In this document: piece after piece, positions 30,096 through 32,000 of the stretch
How the letters are laid out: the number at the start of each line of letters is the position of its first letter
Numbering within the stretch: position 1 is the first letter of the stretch
Source: Delftia acidovorans NBRC 14950
GTDB taxonomy: Bacteria > Pseudomonadota > Gammaproteobacteria > Burkholderiales > Burkholderiaceae_C
DNA: 32,000 bases
Direction of reading: 5' to 3'
Assembly (NCBI RefSeq): GCF_001598795.1
Contig: NZ_BCZP01000013.1
Coordinates: 129,083 to 161,082, forward strand
Position numbers and translations under genes: made by a program
Notes under the pieces: model-generated
The model's database searches: none
Seen by the model: only the letters and a program-made list of their open reading frames with translations
What the model was told of the DNA's origin: nothing

Positions 30096-30719
30096 TCAGC
30101 GGCCCTGCTCGTCCGCGATCTGCTTTTCGTAGCGCTCGACCATGGCCTCCTGCGTCTCGGTGGGCGCAGGCAGGCCGATCTGCTGGTGGACCATCTGGTT
30201 CACCGAGGGCATGACGTTGCGCGACACCTGGGACTCTGGCTTCCAGAGCCGGGCGCGCATCAGGGCCTTGGCACAGTGCAGATAGGCCTCCTGCACCTGG
30301 ATCTCCAGAACGATCTTGGGCCGGAAGCCTTCGCTGGCGAACAGCGCCGTGTAGTGGGCCTCGTCGCGCAGCTTGGCCACGCCGTTGACGCGCAGGGTCT
30401 CGTCGAAACCCGGCACCATGAACAGCAGGCCGATGCGCGGATCGGCGATCAGGTTGCTGAAGCTGTCCAGGCGGTTGTTGCCGCCCGAATCGGGAATCAG
30501 CAGCGTCTGGTTGTCAGGCGCCTTGATGAAGCCCGGCTTGCCGCCGCGCGGCGAGGCATCCATCATCGCGCCCGCCCCGCCCCCCGTGGCCACGATGCAC
30601 AGCGGCGACAGCGCGATGAAGCGCAGGCAGTGCCGGTCCAGGTCCACCTGCTGCTTGAGCAAGGCCCTTTCGGCCGGCATGGCATACAGGCTGCGCAACT
30701 GTTCTTCGCTGGTAATCAT
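30096..30719 (-). CDS. pyridoxamine 5'-phosphate oxidase-like FMN-binding family protein
   Basis: Internal Met MITSEEQLR of ORF 30096..30857, with cat at 30717-30719. The pattern CLRFIALSPLCIVAT ... DASPRGG ... PDSGGNNRLDS ... NPRIGLLF ... ETLRVNG is typical of the PPOX-class flavoprotein family. Confidence 0.8.
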   Translation of the reverse strand: MITSEEQLRSLYAMPAERALLKQQVDLDRHCLRFIALSPLCIVATGGGAGAMMDASPRGGKPGFIKAPDNQTLLIPDSGGNNRLDSFSNLIADPRIGLLFMVPGFDETLRVNGVAKLRDEAHYTALFASEGFRPKIVLEIQVQEAYLHCAKALMRARLWKPESQVSRNVMPSVNQMVHQQIGLPAPTETQEAMVERYEKQIADEQGR

Positions 30720-30899
30720 GGTCGAGAGGTCAAAGTAATAGCGGATCGGCCGATCCAAGTCTAGCTCTCTGGACGTCTGTGGCGCTGCCCATAAAACTGG
30801 CGCAATGCAAATCAGAGACACCGAGGAAGGGCCTGGGCCGGCCGCGCCGCCCCGCACCGAGGGTGTCGTCCCCCTTTCAGGGGGAGGGCGCGCAGCGCC

Positions 30900-31841
<942 letters not shown>

Positions 31842-31924
31842 GGCTTTTTTGCGGCTTTTCCCGCTTTTTTCCCCCCAGGCTTTTTTTACCGGCCCCTCGG
31901 CGTTTTGCGCTGGCGCTCATTGTC

Positions 31925-32000
31925 ATGATCCGAACATCAACACCCCGATCCGCAGCGGACCAGACCGCTCCCCAGGACGAAAACCAACTCATCGCCGAGC
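31925..32000 (+). CDS. lysS: probable lysyl-tRNA synthetase, N-terminal 25 codons (partial, runs off window)
   Basis: Open frame from the ATG at 31925: MIRTSTPRSAADQTAPQDENQLIAE. The DENQ(L/I)IAE(RR) segment matches my recollection of the conserved N-terminus of betaproteobacterial LysRS. The call rests on only 25 residues. Confidence 0.4.
   Translation, partial: MIRTSTPRSAADQTAPQDENQLIAE

Noticed and set aside
28058-30214. 718-aa ORF on the plus strand
   Set aside because: It is antisense to the ACAD, SDR and PPOX genes, which have canonical motifs and RBSs. I treat it as a shadow ORF.
30869-30885. Hairpin TCCCCC-TTTCA-GGGGGA just downstream of the thiolase stop
   Set aside because: It has a 6-bp stem and no U-tract on the minus strand. 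It is possibly structural, but there is not enough evidence to call it a terminator.
31842-31924. Possible insertion-sequence or transposon end at the thiolase truncation point
   Set aside because: I recognised no terminal inverted repeat, target-site duplication or transposase fragment. The region is better explained as the bent, T-rich promoter region of the following plus-strand gene. It remains open because the window ends at 32000.

Overview
This is a high-GC, densely coding chromosomal segment. It looks betaproteobacterial and Comamonadaceae-like, judged only from a Bug/TctC-type binding protein and the gene content. I call 27 apparently intact CDS, one 5'-truncated thiolase remnant, and the first 25 codons of a probable lysS running off the right edge. 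I recognised no rRNA, tRNA, CRISPR array, transposase, integrase or phage gene.

The backbone is branched-chain acyl-CoA and leucine (liu-type) catabolism:
- methylcrotonyl-CoA carboxylase beta and alpha subunits
- methylglutaconyl-CoA hydratase
- HMG-CoA lyase
- an acyl-CoA dehydrogenase
- an AMP-dependent acyl-CoA synthetase
- a thiolase remnant

Unrelated or uncharacterised genes are interleaved with this backbone.

The least explained content, in my order of interest:
1. The block at 22403-26600. It holds an orphan lipoprotein built from five tandem ~55-aa modules behind a Gly/Pro tether. That gene is divergent from a LuxR-type response regulator across an 18-bp perfect palindrome. The regulator converges on, and overlaps, a membrane-embedded hybrid histidine kinase, whose 5' end is in turn overlapped by a YchJ (SEC-C motif) gene.
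2. A cNMP/CBS-gated DUF294 nucleotidyltransferase translationally coupled to a DEDDh exonuclease (805-3308), at the tail of the HMG-CoA lyase operon.
3. A LysR-controlled module of a hydroxyacyl-CoA dehydrogenase-like gene, a BKACE (DUF849) gene and an orphan Bug binding protein, with unknown substrate (5767-9734).
4. A thiolase truncated just before its catalytic Cys, abutting a phased T-tract region and a probable lysS start (30900-32000).

Several short tandem repeats and perfect palindromes sit in the intergenic regions. The many long ORFs antisense to recognised genes are treated as high-GC shadow ORFs.
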